Origin: an uncultured Dechloromonas sp.
GTDB taxonomy: Bacteria > Pseudomonadota > Gammaproteobacteria > Burkholderiales > Rhodocyclaceae
Direction: 5' to 3'
DNA length: 64,000 nt
Assembly (NCBI GenBank): GCA_964498255.1
Contig: CAZCGW010000010.1
Span: forward strand, 2,927 to 66,926
The translations under genes were made by a program, and so were the position numbers. Each line of letters begins with the position of its first letter. The stretch's first letter is position 1. The notes under the pieces are model-generated. The model worked only from the letters and a program-made list of their open reading frames with translations, was not told where the DNA came from and made no database searches. Below are positions 41,312 to 53,373 of this stretch, piece by piece.

Positions 41312-42511
41312 TTACAAATCGCGCGTATCCGGTGTCGCAGTAATCCGGTGAATAGTGAGGTCGGCGCCGTTGTATTCTTCTTCCTGATCCAGGCGCAGGC
41401 CGACGGCCATTTTGAGTGCGCCGTAGACCACCGTGCCGCCCACTAGAGCCACGACGATGGCGAGGCCAGTCATGATGGCTTGTGCGGCCAGGGAAACGCC
41501 GCCAAGGCCGCCTAGCGCTTCTGCGCCGAAGATGCCGGCAGCAATGCCACCCCAGGCGCCGCAGAGGCCGTGCAGTGGCCATACGCCCAGTACGTCATCA
41601 ATCTTCAGGCGGTTTTGTGTGAAGGTGAACGCAAAGACGAACATGCCGCCAGCGATCAGGCCAGTCGCCAGGGCGCCCAGCGGATGCATGAGATCCGAAC
41701 CGGCACAGACGGCAACGAGGCCAGCTAAAGGGCCGTTGTAGGCAAAGCCCGGGTCATTCTTGCCGGCAATAAGTGCGGCAATGGTGCCACCAGCCATGGC
41801 CATCAGCGAGTTGGCTGCAACCAGACCGCTGATCTTGTCGAGGGTTTGTGCGCTCATCACGTTAAAGCCGAACCATCCCACGGCCAGAATCCAGGCGCCC
41901 AGCGCAAGGAAAGGAATCGATGAGGGCGGATGCGCAGCGATAACGCCGTTCTTGCCATAACGGCCATGGCGGGCGCCGAGCAACAGCACGGCCGGCAAGG
42001 CGATCCAGCCACCCATGGCGTGCACGACCACCGAACCGGCGAAGTCGTGGAACTCCTGGCCAAAAGTGCCTTTCAGCCATTCCTGAATGCCGTAATGCTG
42101 GTTCCAGGCAATGCCTTCAAAGAATGGATAGACAAAGCCAACCAGCACAAAGGTGGCGGCGAGTTGCGGATTGAACTTGGCGCGCTCGGCGATGCCCCCC
42201 GAAATAATTGCAGGGATCGCAGCGGCGAAGGTGAGCAGGAAGAAGAAGCGGGTGATGTCGTAACCGCTCTTCTCGGCAATCTGGCTGGCGCCAATGAAGA
42301 AGTCGGTGCCGTAGGCGACTGTAAAGCCAATGCCAAAGTAGGCGACCGTTGATACGGCAAAGTCGGCCAGAATTTTAACCAGGGCGTTAACCTGGTTCTT
42401 TTTACGGACCGTCCCGACTTCCAGAAAGGCAAAGCCGGCGTGCATAGCGAGCACCATGATGGCGCCGAGCAGGATGAACAGGGTGTCGGAGGCTGTCTTG
42501 AGAAGTTCCAT
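41312..42511 (-). CDS. amt: Ammonium transporter (Amt family), stand-alone
   Basis: MHAGFAFLEVG, DFAGSVVVH, GWFGFN, AGLVA and DDVLGVWPLHG; many TM helices. Confidence 0.93.
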   Translation of the reverse strand: MELLKTASDTLFILLGAIMVLAMHAGFAFLEVGTVRKKNQVNALVKILADFAVSTVAYFGIGFTVAYGTDFFIGASQIAEKSGYDITRFFFLLTFAAAIPAIISGGIAERAKFNPQLAATFVLVGFVYPFFEGIAWNQHYGIQEWLKGTFGQEFHDFAGSVVVHAMGGWIALPAVLLLGARHGRYGKNGVIAAHPPSSIPFLALGAWILAVGWFGFNVMSAQTLDKISGLVAANSLMAMAGGTIAALIAGKNDPGFAYNGPLAGLVAVCAGSDLMHPLGALATGLIAGGMFVFAFTFTQNRLKIDDVLGVWPLHGLCGAWGGIAAGIFGAEALGGLGGVSLAAQAIMTGLAIVVALVGGTVVYGALKMAVGLRLDQEEEYNGADLTIHRITATPDTRDL

Positions 42512-42561
42512 GGGGCATGCGCACAGACAACGTGCGTGAGGATTGGTAGTGCCCCAGTAAA

Positions 42562-42632
42562 AGCAATTAGTGTGCCAATTTGGTGCCCCGTTTTATGGGC
42601 TTGCAGCGGTGTTTTCGCACCAAACCGGTGCG
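42562..42632 (-). promoter_or_regulatory. sigma54 promoter and NtrC-like site upstream of amt
   Basis: Minus strand TTGGCACACTAATTGCT (GG-N10-GC) at 42578-42562; cgcacc-N5-ggtgcg at 42616-42632. Confidence 0.78.
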
Positions 42633-42690
42633 TGTTTTGGTGCGATCGCCTCAAAACAGGGCGCAAAGAGGGGGCTGCGCCCAAAGATGG

Positions 42691-43230
42691 TTACAGCACC
42701 GTGTCGATGCGTTTGACGATGAGCCAGACGCCGTTGCCCATCACCTGGTGCGTTTGTAGCTGAATGATGTCGAAATGCTGGCAAAGCTTGGGCAACCACC
42801 AGGAGGTTGGCTTCTGGATCAGATGCGCATTGCGGCCATCGGATAGTACTTTGCCGGCCGGCCCCATGTGAATGGAGAAGAAGCCGATTTTGGTGGTGAT
42901 GCTGGCTAGTTCGGCTATGACGTTATCAATGAGTTCCGGTTCGATATGTTCCAGGACGTCGATGCAGCAGACTAGATCGGCAGCCTGGGGTGTGCCGTAT
43001 TCCGGGAAGGCCGGATCGTAGGGTTTGTAAACCGGATTCATACCAACCTGGTTGAGCCCAACCAGTAGATTCTTTTTGCCCGCACCATAATCCGACACGC
43101 TTTGTGCACCAGATTGTTTGATGAGATCCGCGACCAGCGGCGCAAATTGAAGCGAGGCCACACCATAGTTAGGATTCTGGTGGAGTTCTTGCTGCAGCTT
43201 ACGATAGTCTTCGGTGATGGTCTGGCTCAT
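42691..43230 (-). CDS. Class I SAM-dependent methyltransferase
   Basis: SDYGAGK, YDP, DLVCCIDVLEHI and DGRNAHL. Confidence 0.78.
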   Translation of the reverse strand: MSQTITEDYRKLQQELHQNPNYGVASLQFAPLVADLIKQSGAQSVSDYGAGKKNLLVGLNQVGMNPVYKPYDPAFPEYGTPQAADLVCCIDVLEHIEPELIDNVIAELASITTKIGFFSIHMGPAGKVLSDGRNAHLIQKPTSWWLPKLCQHFDIIQLQTHQVMGNGVWLIVKRIDTVL

Positions 43231-43262
43231 GATGAATCTCGTCGTCAGTCTCTGGTCTGGGT

Positions 43263-44507
43263 TTAGTCGCGTACTTTATCAGCTGGCACGGCGGCTGGGG
43301 GGATCAGCGCCCACATTTGCCCCGCTTGCTTCATGCGTCCGGCCTCTTTACCGGCCTCGGCACCAAATCCCCAGAAGAAGTCTGCGCGTACAGCGCCCTT
43401 GATGGCGCCGCCGGTATCCTGAGCCAGCACGAGGCGTTGCAAGGGTTTGTTGCTATTCGGGTAGGTGGTGTCTAACCAGACGGGTGCGCCCAGTGGGGTT
43501 GCCCGTGGATCAATGGCGATGCTGCGCCCCGGGGTAAGGGGTACGCCGAGGGCACCGGGTGGGCCGGCATCCGGATTATTGGGGTCTGTGGGCAGTACGC
43601 GGAAGAAGACGTAGCTCGGGTTGGCATTGAGCAGGCTTTGTACTTTGGCCGGGTTGTTGCGCGCCCAGTTCTGGATGCCCTGCATGGAGGCGGTGTCTTT
43701 TGTGAGCGCGCCTTGCTTGATGAGTACGCTGCCAATGCTCTGGTAGGGTTGGCCATTCTGATCGGCGTAGCCCACGCGTAAGCGACTGCCGTCCGGCATT
43801 TGTACGCGCCCCGATCCCTGTATTTGCAGGAAGAAGAGTTCGATCGCGTCATCCACCCAGGCGAGTGTTTTTGTATTCATACGTGCCGGGTCTGCGTCGA
43901 TTTGTTCACGTGTCCAGTAGGGCACGACTTTGTTGCCATCGGCGATGCGGCCACGCACACGCTTGCCCTTGAGCTCCGGAAACAGGTCGCCCAGTTCGAT
44001 GGTCAGTAGATTCGGCGGCGTGCCATAAATCGGATAACGGGCTTTGCTGGTTTGCTCTTTAGCGCCCTGCAGGAGCGGCTCGTAGTAACCGGTAAAGAGG
44101 CCGTTGCTGGCGCCATCATTTTGTACGAGCTGATAGGGTTTGTAGTACTTCTGATAATAGGCGCGCAGCTCCCCGGGGTCTTTACGCTGCGCATCGCTCA
44201 GTGCTTTTGCGGCACCACAGGCATCTTGCCAGGCAGGCTTTTTGCCCAGCGCATTACAGCTTTGCAGTTGTGCCGGAAAGGCTTCGACGAGGGTTTTGTC
44301 ATCAGACCAGCCGGGTAGATCAGACCAGTTAGCTTGTTTGAGCGGCTTGATAATCTGCACAGCAGCGGCCGGCTTTTCAGCTTCTTTGCACGGCGGGCAT
44401 TCGGTAGTGGCGCAGCCAGCCAGAAATGTTGCGGCAACGCTGGCGGCAAGTAGGCCAAGACCGGGAAATACAGTATGGTGTGCGGTATGGAAATTCGGTC
44501 GAGTCAT
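43263..44507 (-). CDS. mltA: Membrane-bound lytic murein transglycosylase A
   Basis: Lipobox FLAGC, FTGYYEP, FFLQIQGSG, NPSYVFF and 3D motif AQDTGGAIKGAVRADFFWG; start uncertain. Confidence 0.93.
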   Translation of the reverse strand: MTRPNFHTAHHTVFPGLGLLAASVAATFLAGCATTECPPCKEAEKPAAAVQIIKPLKQANWSDLPGWSDDKTLVEAFPAQLQSCNALGKKPAWQDACGAAKALSDAQRKDPGELRAYYQKYYKPYQLVQNDGASNGLFTGYYEPLLQGAKEQTSKARYPIYGTPPNLLTIELGDLFPELKGKRVRGRIADGNKVVPYWTREQIDADPARMNTKTLAWVDDAIELFFLQIQGSGRVQMPDGSRLRVGYADQNGQPYQSIGSVLIKQGALTKDTASMQGIQNWARNNPAKVQSLLNANPSYVFFRVLPTDPNNPDAGPPGALGVPLTPGRSIAIDPRATPLGAPVWLDTTYPNSNKPLQRLVLAQDTGGAIKGAVRADFFWGFGAEAGKEAGRMKQAGQMWALIPPAAVPADKVRD

Positions 44508-44575
44508 GGCCAAGGCAAGTGAAGTGTGACGTGAAAAATACAGAGAACAATGTGGCAAGTATACCGAGAGAAAAC

Positions 44576-45568
44576 GTGGCTGAGGCTCAGGCCTTGGTGG
44601 TTTCTGGCGCCCAGATTGAGGCGAAGCTGACGCGCGTTTCGGCCGCGGTCATTGTGCGAAATGAAGGCACGGAATATCTGTTGGCGCAGCGCCCGCCTGG
44701 CAAAGCTTATGCGGGGTATTGGGAATTTCCCGGGGGCAAGGTTGAGGCCGGAGAAACTTTTGACGATGCGCTGGTGCGTGAGCTGCAGGAAGAACTGGGT
44801 ATTACCGTCACAGCGATGACGCCCTGGGTGACGCGTCACTTTGTGTACCCGCATGCCCGTGTTGAGATCCGGTTTTTTCGTGTGACGGCCTGGGAAGGTA
44901 CGTTGCATCCGCATGAGCACACGGACACCGCCTGGTTAGAGACGGGTGCTATGGCGGGCGGCAAAGATCTGGATGCTATGCCGGTAAGCCCGGTGCTGCC
45001 CGCCAATACGCCGATTTTACGGGCGTTAGCGTTACCGGAGGTTTATGCCCTAATCAATGCGAGCGATACTGGCGTAGCGGATGAGTTGGCGCGTCTCGAA
45101 CGTGCGCGGCCGATGTTGGTGCAAGTGCGTGAGAAGTCTCTGGATACGCAGCAACGATTGGATTTTGCACGTGACGTTGTGGCGCGGGTGCACAGCTATG
45201 GTGGCCATGTGCTTTTGAACGGTAGCGTGGAAGAGGCGCTGGCGGTAGGTGCGGATGGTGTGCATCTGCCTGCGGCGGCGTTAATGGCTTGCGAACAGCG
45301 CCCTGATTTGCCGTTGGTGTTTGCTTCGTGCCACTCACCTGCAGAGTTACGGAAAGCCAGTGCGCTGGCGCTGGATGCCGTGGTGCTGGGTTCGGTTAAT
45401 GCAACGCCCACTCACCCGGGGCAATTGCCCTTGGGCTGGGCAGGCTTTGCCGAACTGATTGAAGGCTATGCATTGCCTGTTTATGCCATTGGCGGCATGC
45501 AACACGGCGATGTAGTTGAGGCGAAAGCAGTGAGCGCCCAGGGCGTGGCGATGATGCGGGGCTGGTAA
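44576..45568 (+). CDS. Nudix hydrolase (MutT-like) fused to a thiamine-phosphate-synthase-like domain
   Basis: Nudix box WEFPGGKVEAGETFDDALVRELQEELG; C-terminal QVREK, DGVHL, SCH and YAIGGM; start uncertain. Confidence 0.88.
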   Translation: MAEAQALVVSGAQIEAKLTRVSAAVIVRNEGTEYLLAQRPPGKAYAGYWEFPGGKVEAGETFDDALVRELQEELGITVTAMTPWVTRHFVYPHARVEIRFFRVTAWEGTLHPHEHTDTAWLETGAMAGGKDLDAMPVSPVLPANTPILRALALPEVYALINASDTGVADELARLERARPMLVQVREKSLDTQQRLDFARDVVARVHSYGGHVLLNGSVEEALAVGADGVHLPAAALMACEQRPDLPLVFASCHSPAELRKASALALDAVVLGSVNATPTHPGQLPLGWAGFAELIEGYALPVYAIGGMQHGDVVEAKAVSAQGVAMMRGW

Positions 45569-45598
45569 TCTGAAGCTGGGGCGCAGCGCGTTGCGCCG

Positions 45599-45793
45599 TT
45601 ATTGTTCTGTTGGCGGGGTGTTATCGTCCGTAAGCCCCTGATCGTTTTCCTGCACGGGGATTCGGTAAGACTCGTTGGCCCAGGCGCCCAGGTCGATCAT
45701 TTTGCAGCGCTCGGAGCAGAATGGACGCCATTTGTTCTCTGGACTAAACGGCGATAAAGCACCGCAATGCGGGCAAGGGACTTTCGTGCTCAC
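45599..45793 (-). CDS. yacG: DNA gyrase inhibitor YacG
   Basis: CPHCG...[22 protein letters not shown]; GTG start at 45793. Confidence 0.92.
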   Translation of the reverse strand: MSTKVPCPHCGALSPFSPENKWRPFCSERCKMIDLGAWANESYRIPVQENDQGLTDDNTPPTEQ

Positions 45794-45797
45794 GGGT

Positions 45798-46547
45798 TTA
45801 GATGGCGCAGAAGGTGAGGTCGAAGCGTACATCGCGTTCCACCTGGCGCGGACGCTGGTGGAAATCGGTTTCCATGAAACGTAGGTTCAGTGCGTATTTG
45901 TTGGCGCTGGTTTCTGGCGTGATCATGGCATCGTGAATGCGGATGCGCAGCATTTGTGCGTTTACGCCGGCGAGGGTACGCTGGTAGCTGCCACGGGAAG
46001 CCGTATAGGCTTCTGGCGAACCGCTGTCGCGCAGCAGGTGAAGCACGATAGCCAGGCCGTCACGCAGCGGCAGGAAAGGCTCCAGCCAGGTTTGCAGATC
46101 ACGCTGACGCTGGGCGGTGGGTTGATTCAGCCAGAGGTGATACGACGGAATGTCGAATTCACTCAGGCCGCCCGGAATCATCGAACGATTCTTGACCGAG
46201 ATGAGCCACTCGTTGTCACGCAGATGCTGACCGAGTTTGCCGGTGAGTGCGTGCAAAAGGTTCAGCGCTTCGGAAATCTCGTTGAGCGCCGCATCAAGGG
46301 CTTCTGAAGATATGTTCGGGTTGTCGCGGAAGGCCATTAACACCTGACGCTGGCGTTCCAGTTCTTGGAGAAGCTCCGACTTCAGATCCGGGCGCGCAAC
46401 TTCCAGAATTTCAAAGAGCACCGTCAGCGCGGCGTGGTGGTCGTGAATATCGGGCGCACCAAGATAGTGAGCCATACGCGCGAACAGATCTTCAAGCCGC
46501 AACAGGGCCCGAATGCGTTCGGTAAGCGGATATTCGTAGATCAGCAC
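45798..46547 (-). CDS. zapD: Cell division protein ZapD
   Basis: [32 protein letters not shown] and [11 protein letters not shown]. Confidence 0.93.
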   Translation of the reverse strand: MLIYEYPLTERIRALLRLEDLFARMAHYLGAPDIHDHHAALTVLFEILEVARPDLKSELLQELERQRQVLMAFRDNPNISSEALDAALNEISEALNLLHALTGKLGQHLRDNEWLISVKNRSMIPGGLSEFDIPSYHLWLNQPTAQRQRDLQTWLEPFLPLRDGLAIVLHLLRDSGSPEAYTASRGSYQRTLAGVNAQMLRIRIHDAMITPETSANKYALNLRFMETDFHQRPRQVERDVRFDLTFCAI

Positions 46548-46622
46548 GATAGGGGTGTGTTTGACCTGAAGTGGCGCCGAAATGGCAGATTCTTCGAATA
46601 ATAGCCCTATTTGCTCCATTTG

Positions 46623-47275
46623 TTACACGCAAATAGGGTTTTTATCGCTATTTTCGGCGCTATTGGCCAGTGCTAGATAGCGTTGGTGGATCTGGTTCAG
46701 TTGTTCGTCGCGCTGCTCGGGCCTGCCGCTATTGTCTAGAACCTCGGTAGCGAGACTGAGGCGTTCGTCTCTGGGGGCTTGTGCCTGCAGAACGAGATCG
46801 GCCAGTTCTTCAGGTAGATTGCCGCGTGCCAGGAGACGTTGTTTCTGGATGTCCGGTGGGCAATCGACGACGAGCACGCGGTCGGCCTGTTCGCGCAGGA
46901 AACCGGTTTCGGCAAATAAGGGGACGTCTGCAACGACATAAGGGGAGGTTGCTGCTGCGATGGCTGCGATGGCCTGTCGCCGGATCATCGGGTGCAGAAT
47001 TTGTTCGAGTCGCGTTTTTTGATCGGGATCGTTAAAGACGATGTCGCGCAGCGCTGCGCGATCAAGTGTGCCGTCTGCGGCGAATATGCCGTCACCAAAA
47101 ATTTGTCGTAATGCTGGTAGGGCAAGGCCATTGGGCGCCGTTAGTGCATGGGCAATGGCATCGGTATCAATGACATCAATGCCGTGTTGACGAAGGCGCT
47201 GTGCAATCGTGGATTTTCCGGTGGCGATACCGCCCGTCAGGATGACCAGCGGCCGGCCGATGGTCAGATTCTGGG

Positions 47276-47279
<4 letters not shown>
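46623..47279 (-). CDS. coaE: Dephospho-CoA kinase
   Basis: [26 protein letters not shown] and LHPMIR. Confidence 0.95.
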
Positions 47280-49548
<2,269 letters not shown>

Positions 49549-49607
49549 CTACCGGTAAGGATAGGGCTTTAATGTGCCGGCGGGCAAGTTGCCCGGCCAG
49601 ACACGAA

Positions 49608-49868
49608 TTACTGTACTGGCTGAATGACGACGGTGCGACGCTTTTGCTCACCACGAATGGTGAACTTGACCGTGCCGTCGATCAGTGCGAACAGGGTGTG
49701 ATCCTTGCCCATGCCGACGTTGTCGCCAGGGTGGAACTCGGTACCGCGCTGGCGAACGATGATGTTGCCAGCCTTAACCAGTTGACCGCCGTAGCGCTTA
49801 ACGCCTAGTCGTTTGGCTTCTGAGTCGCGGCCGTTACGTGAACTGCCGCCTGCTTTTTTATGTGCCAT
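49608..49868 (-). CDS. rpmA: 50S ribosomal protein L27
   Basis: [16 protein letters not shown]...RQRGT. Confidence 0.99.
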   Translation of the reverse strand: MAHKKAGGSSRNGRDSEAKRLGVKRYGGQLVKAGNIIVRQRGTEFHPGDNVGMGKDHTLFALIDGTVKFTIRGEQKRRTVVIQPVQ

Positions 49869-49895
49869 GGTGTGAGGCTCCTTAGCTTGACCGGG

Positions 49896-50207
49896 TTAGC
49901 CTGCGATCGCGTTGATCTGCAGTTCGGTGTAATTCTGACGATGGCCCTGACGCTTCTGGTAGTGCTTGCGACGGCGCATTTTGAAAATGCGAACCTTGTC
50001 GTGACGACCTTGGCTCAGAACCGTGGCCGAAACGCTCGCACCTGCCACCAGCGGGGCACCGATTTTAACGGCTTCGCCTTCGCCGACCATAAGAACCTGG
50101 TCGATGGTGATCTGGGTGCCAACTTCTGCCGGTATCTGTTCTACTTTAATTTTTTCACCAGCGACGACACGATATTGCTTGCCGCCGGTTTTTATGACCG
50201 CGTACAT
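49896..50207 (-). CDS. rplU: 50S ribosomal protein L21
   Basis: [12 protein letters not shown]...[16 protein letters not shown]. Confidence 0.99.
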   Translation of the reverse strand: MYAVIKTGGKQYRVVAGEKIKVEQIPAEVGTQITIDQVLMVGEGEAVKIGAPLVAGASVSATVLSQGRHDKVRIFKMRRRKHYQKRQGHRQNYTELQINAIAG

Positions 50208-50242
50208 GTTGGACTCCGAATGGATATTGCAAAGAACTCGCA

Positions 50243-50361
50243 ATTTTACGCAAAAAAACCTTTGCTGTCAAAGTGTTTGCGCATTCTTAACCCCAGGCGT
50301 GTGGTTTTAGGCCGGAATTCGGGTGTTTTGCCTTGACGCGGGGCGCTTGCGCCCGTACATT
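50243..50361. promoter_or_regulatory. Divergent sigma70 promoters of rplU-rpmA and ispB
   Basis: Minus strand TTGACA-N17-TAAAAT (50271-50243); plus strand TTGACG-N17-TACATT (50333-50361). Confidence 0.8.
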
Positions 50362-50418
50362 CGGCTCTTTTAATCCTGTGGCGATGTGCTGTCGCCGCAG
50401 CGCACATTGATTTAGCCT

Positions 50419-51399
50419 GTGACATCCAGCCAGACTCAACCCTTCTTTGCCCAGCTGATTGCCGACGAAATGCGGCAAGTGGACGACGTGATCCGTGCCT
50501 CTCTGCATTCGGAGGTGGTATTGGTGCGTCAGGTATCGGAATACATTATTCACAGCGGCGGCAAGCGCTTACGCCCGGCATTATTACTGCTGACGGCGGG
50601 TGCGTGCGGGGTGCCGGGGCCACAAGCCCGGATTTTGGCGGCGGTGGTGGAGTTTATTCACACGGCTACCTTGTTGCACGATGATGTGGTGGATGAGTCC
50701 AGTTTGCGTCGGGGCCGTGAAACGGCTAATGAATTGTTTGGCAATGCGGCCAGCGTGCTGGTGGGCGACTTCCTCTATTCCCGTGCATTCCAGATGATGG
50801 TGTCGGTTGGGCGTATGCGCGTGATGGAAGTGCTATCAGAAGCCACCAACATCATTGCCGAAGGCGAAGTGCTGCAGCTCATGAACTGTAATGATGCGGA
50901 TGTGAATGAAGAGCGCTATCTGCAGGTGATCCGCTATAAAACGGCCAAGCTGTTCGAAGCAGCATCGCGCCTGGGCGGTGTGCTGGCCGATGCCGACGCA
51001 TCACTGGAAGATGGATTGGCGCGCTACGGAATGCATCTGGGTACCGCTTTCCAGATTATTGATGATGTGCTCGATTACTCGGGTAATGAAGCGGATACCG
51101 GCAAGCATCTGGGTGATGATCTGGCCGAAGGTAAGCCGACCTTGCCGTTGATTTATGCGCGTGACCGCGGCACACCGGAAATTGCTGCGGCGATTCGTAA
51201 GGCGATTGAAAGTGGTGGCCTGGAAGAATTTGATGCGGTCTTGAAAGCGGTTCACGAAAGTGGGGCGCTGGACGCCGCGCGAGAAGCCGCGCGTGCCGAA
51301 GCCGGGTTGGCGCGGGATGCGCTGAGCGGGTTGCAAGAGTCGGCATACAAACAGGCGCTGCTTGAACTGGCAGATTTTGCGGTAGCCCGTTCCCACTAG
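50419..51399 (+). CDS. ispB: Polyprenyl (octaprenyl) diphosphate synthase
   Basis: GGKRLRP, LLHDDVVD and FQIIDDVLD; conserved position divergent from rplU. Confidence 0.93.
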   Translation: MTSSQTQPFFAQLIADEMRQVDDVIRASLHSEVVLVRQVSEYIIHSGGKRLRPALLLLTAGACGVPGPQARILAAVVEFIHTATLLHDDVVDESSLRRGRETANELFGNAASVLVGDFLYSRAFQMMVSVGRMRVMEVLSEATNIIAEGEVLQLMNCNDADVNEERYLQVIRYKTAKLFEAASRLGGVLADADASLEDGLARYGMHLGTAFQIIDDVLDYSGNEADTGKHLGDDLAEGKPTLPLIYARDRGTPEIAAAIRKAIESGGLEEFDAVLKAVHESGALDAAREAARAEAGLARDALSGLQESAYKQALLELADFAVARSH

Positions 51400-51401
51400 T
51401 T

Positions 51402-51758
51402 ATGGATCACCTCGCTTTTATCGAGTTGATGGGTGAATGGGGTGATGCCTTGGGTGTTGCCGTGATTGTGGTGGGCGCGCTCTGGGGCTTAATTCGTTTT
51501 CCGCTGGATCTGGCCAAACAAGGCGTGGATTATGCGTACAAGATGGTGCGTAACCAGATTACGCGCACATTGTTACTGGGTCTGGAGGTGCTGGTTGCTG
51601 CGGACATCATCCGCACCGTAGCCGTAAGCCCGACTTTGTTGAGCGTCTCTGTGCTGGCAGCGATTGTGGCGATTCGTACGTTTTTGAGTTGGTCGCTGAT
51701 TCTGGAGATGGAAGGGCGTTGGCCTTGGCAGAAGTTGCCAACTGGCAAATCTGACTGA
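51402..51758 (+). CDS. DUF1622-family membrane protein
   Basis: LLLGLEVLVAADIIRTV...IVAIRTFLSWSL..E.EGRWPW. Confidence 0.85.
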   Translation: MDHLAFIELMGEWGDALGVAVIVVGALWGLIRFPLDLAKQGVDYAYKMVRNQITRTLLLGLEVLVAADIIRTVAVSPTLLSVSVLAAIVAIRTFLSWSLILEMEGRWPWQKLPTGKSD

Positions 51759-51773
51759 TAAAACTCTATAAAA

Positions 51774-51799
51774 AAACGGGCCGCATGTGCGGCCCGTTT
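51774..51799. terminator. Bidirectional terminator between convergent genes
   Basis: aaacgggccgca-tg-tgcggcccgttt with an upstream A-run. Confidence 0.8.
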
Positions 51800-51819
51800 G
51801 TTCATTGCATGTCGCTGAG

Positions 51820-53217
51820 TTATTTGGCGACGGCCTTCTTAGCGGCAGGCTTTTTAGCTGAGGGTTTTGCCGGGGCCTTGCTTGTCGCCGGCTTTTTGGC
51901 AGCCGCAGTCGTCTTGACTGGGGCTTTTTTAGCCGTTACCGAACGGGTTCCGCTTGGCTTATGGGGTTGGCCAGCCTGGGTGGAATGGAATGCATAATCG
52001 GTGAAAGCGTTGCGATTGGCTGTCGGATCCGGCGCTTCGGCAGTAAAGCGCTCTTTGCGGTGCACGTCATAGGTAACAAAGTTTACGCCGGGAGGCGGCA
52101 TTTCAAGACAAGAAGCGTCTGCCAGCGTGTTATCAAAGTCGTCCAGGCCGATGGACCAATGACGCTGCATGCTCTCCGAGCTGAACTCGGCATCCTTGTA
52201 CTGGCCTTCGCCAAACTTGTTCTGATAGATCAGCTGAATGACGTTGTAGTTAGAGCCCATGGCCTGCTCGGCCATCTTGTCAAAATACGGGTCCGCTTTG
52301 CGAACGGCTGCCGGCACGTGATCAATGGTGTCGAGTAGAAGCTGTCGCATGCGATGCATGTTGCGGACAAGATCTGTAATGGCGCGTGTACGGCTGGAGT
52401 ACTGAATATCCTTCTGACGTTCGGTAACTTCAAAGATGTTGGTAGGCAACTTGCCGTGGGCGCTCCACAGATCCACCTGGAAGATCAGGCTATCCTGGTT
52501 GTTGCTTTCATTCATGATGTAGAGCAGCGGCGTGTTGGAGACGCAGCCGCCATCCCAGTAATACTCACCATCAATTTCTGTGGCGGGAAAGCCTGGTGGC
52601 AGGGAGCCCGAGGCCATAACGTGTTCTGGACCGATCTTCATGTGCCGGTTGTCAAAGAACACGAAGTTACCGGTGCCGACGTTGGTAGCCCCCAGGGAAA
52701 TACGCATGGCATCTTTGTGATTGATGCGGTCGAAATCGACCAGGCGCTCTAGAGTGGCTTTTAGAGGCGATGTGTCATAGAAGCTGACTTGGCTTGGGTT
52801 GCCAAAGCCCGGTGCGAAGGGGCGCGGATAAAAGAATTCGTTTTGCCCCTCTAGAATTGCCATGGAGGCAGCATAAGACCCGAAGGCTTTGTTGATGGTT
52901 TGTTTGAAGGTTTCCTGGAGTGGCTCCAGACCAAACCCCATCAAGCTAATGGCTTCCGCGGCAAAGCCGGCGGACATGGATGGTCGGCGGCAAACGGTGT
53001 CCCAGAAATCATGCAGGCGTTCGACGCGTTTCTCAGGTGGATTACCGGCAACAATTGCCGCATTAATAGAACCAATCGAAATGCCTGAAACCCAGGTGGG
53101 TTCGATACCTGCTTGAGCGATGCCTTCGTATACGCCCGCCTGATAGGCACCCAGCGAGCCGCCGCCCTGAAAAATCAGCACAACTTGTTGGTAGGGTGGA
53201 AGCTTGATTTTAGCCAT
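51820..53217 (-). CDS. Patatin-like hydrolase (DUF3734-type) with a Lys/Ala/Pro-rich C-terminal tail
   Basis: GGGSLGAYQAG, nucleophile GISIG, ASGSLP and DGG; tail KKAPVKTTAAAKKPATSKAPAKPSAKKPAAKKAVAK. Confidence 0.88.
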   Translation of the reverse strand: MAKIKLPPYQQVVLIFQGGGSLGAYQAGVYEGIAQAGIEPTWVSGISIGSINAAIVAGNPPEKRVERLHDFWDTVCRRPSMSAGFAAEAISLMGFGLEPLQETFKQTINKAFGSYAASMAILEGQNEFFYPRPFAPGFGNPSQVSFYDTSPLKATLERLVDFDRINHKDAMRISLGATNVGTGNFVFFDNRHMKIGPEHVMASGSLPPGFPATEIDGEYYWDGGCVSNTPLLYIMNESNNQDSLIFQVDLWSAHGKLPTNIFEVTERQKDIQYSSRTRAITDLVRNMHRMRQLLLDTIDHVPAAVRKADPYFDKMAEQAMGSNYNVIQLIYQNKFGEGQYKDAEFSSESMQRHWSIGLDDFDNTLADASCLEMPPPGVNFVTYDVHRKERFTAEAPDPTANRNAFTDYAFHSTQAGQPHKPSGTRSVTAKKAPVKTTAAAKKPATSKAPAKPSAKKPAAKKAVAK

Positions 53218-53373
53218 GGCGTTAGTCCTTTGAATCTGCGTGTGTGGGGTCCCAACGTTACGTCAGGTATTTAAAATTTTGATTGTGTAATTATGCAATG
53301 TATTATCGCGACTCGCCATAATCGCATGATTTATTGCGAATTTCTTTTTGCCTTGTAGATTCTTTATCAATTA

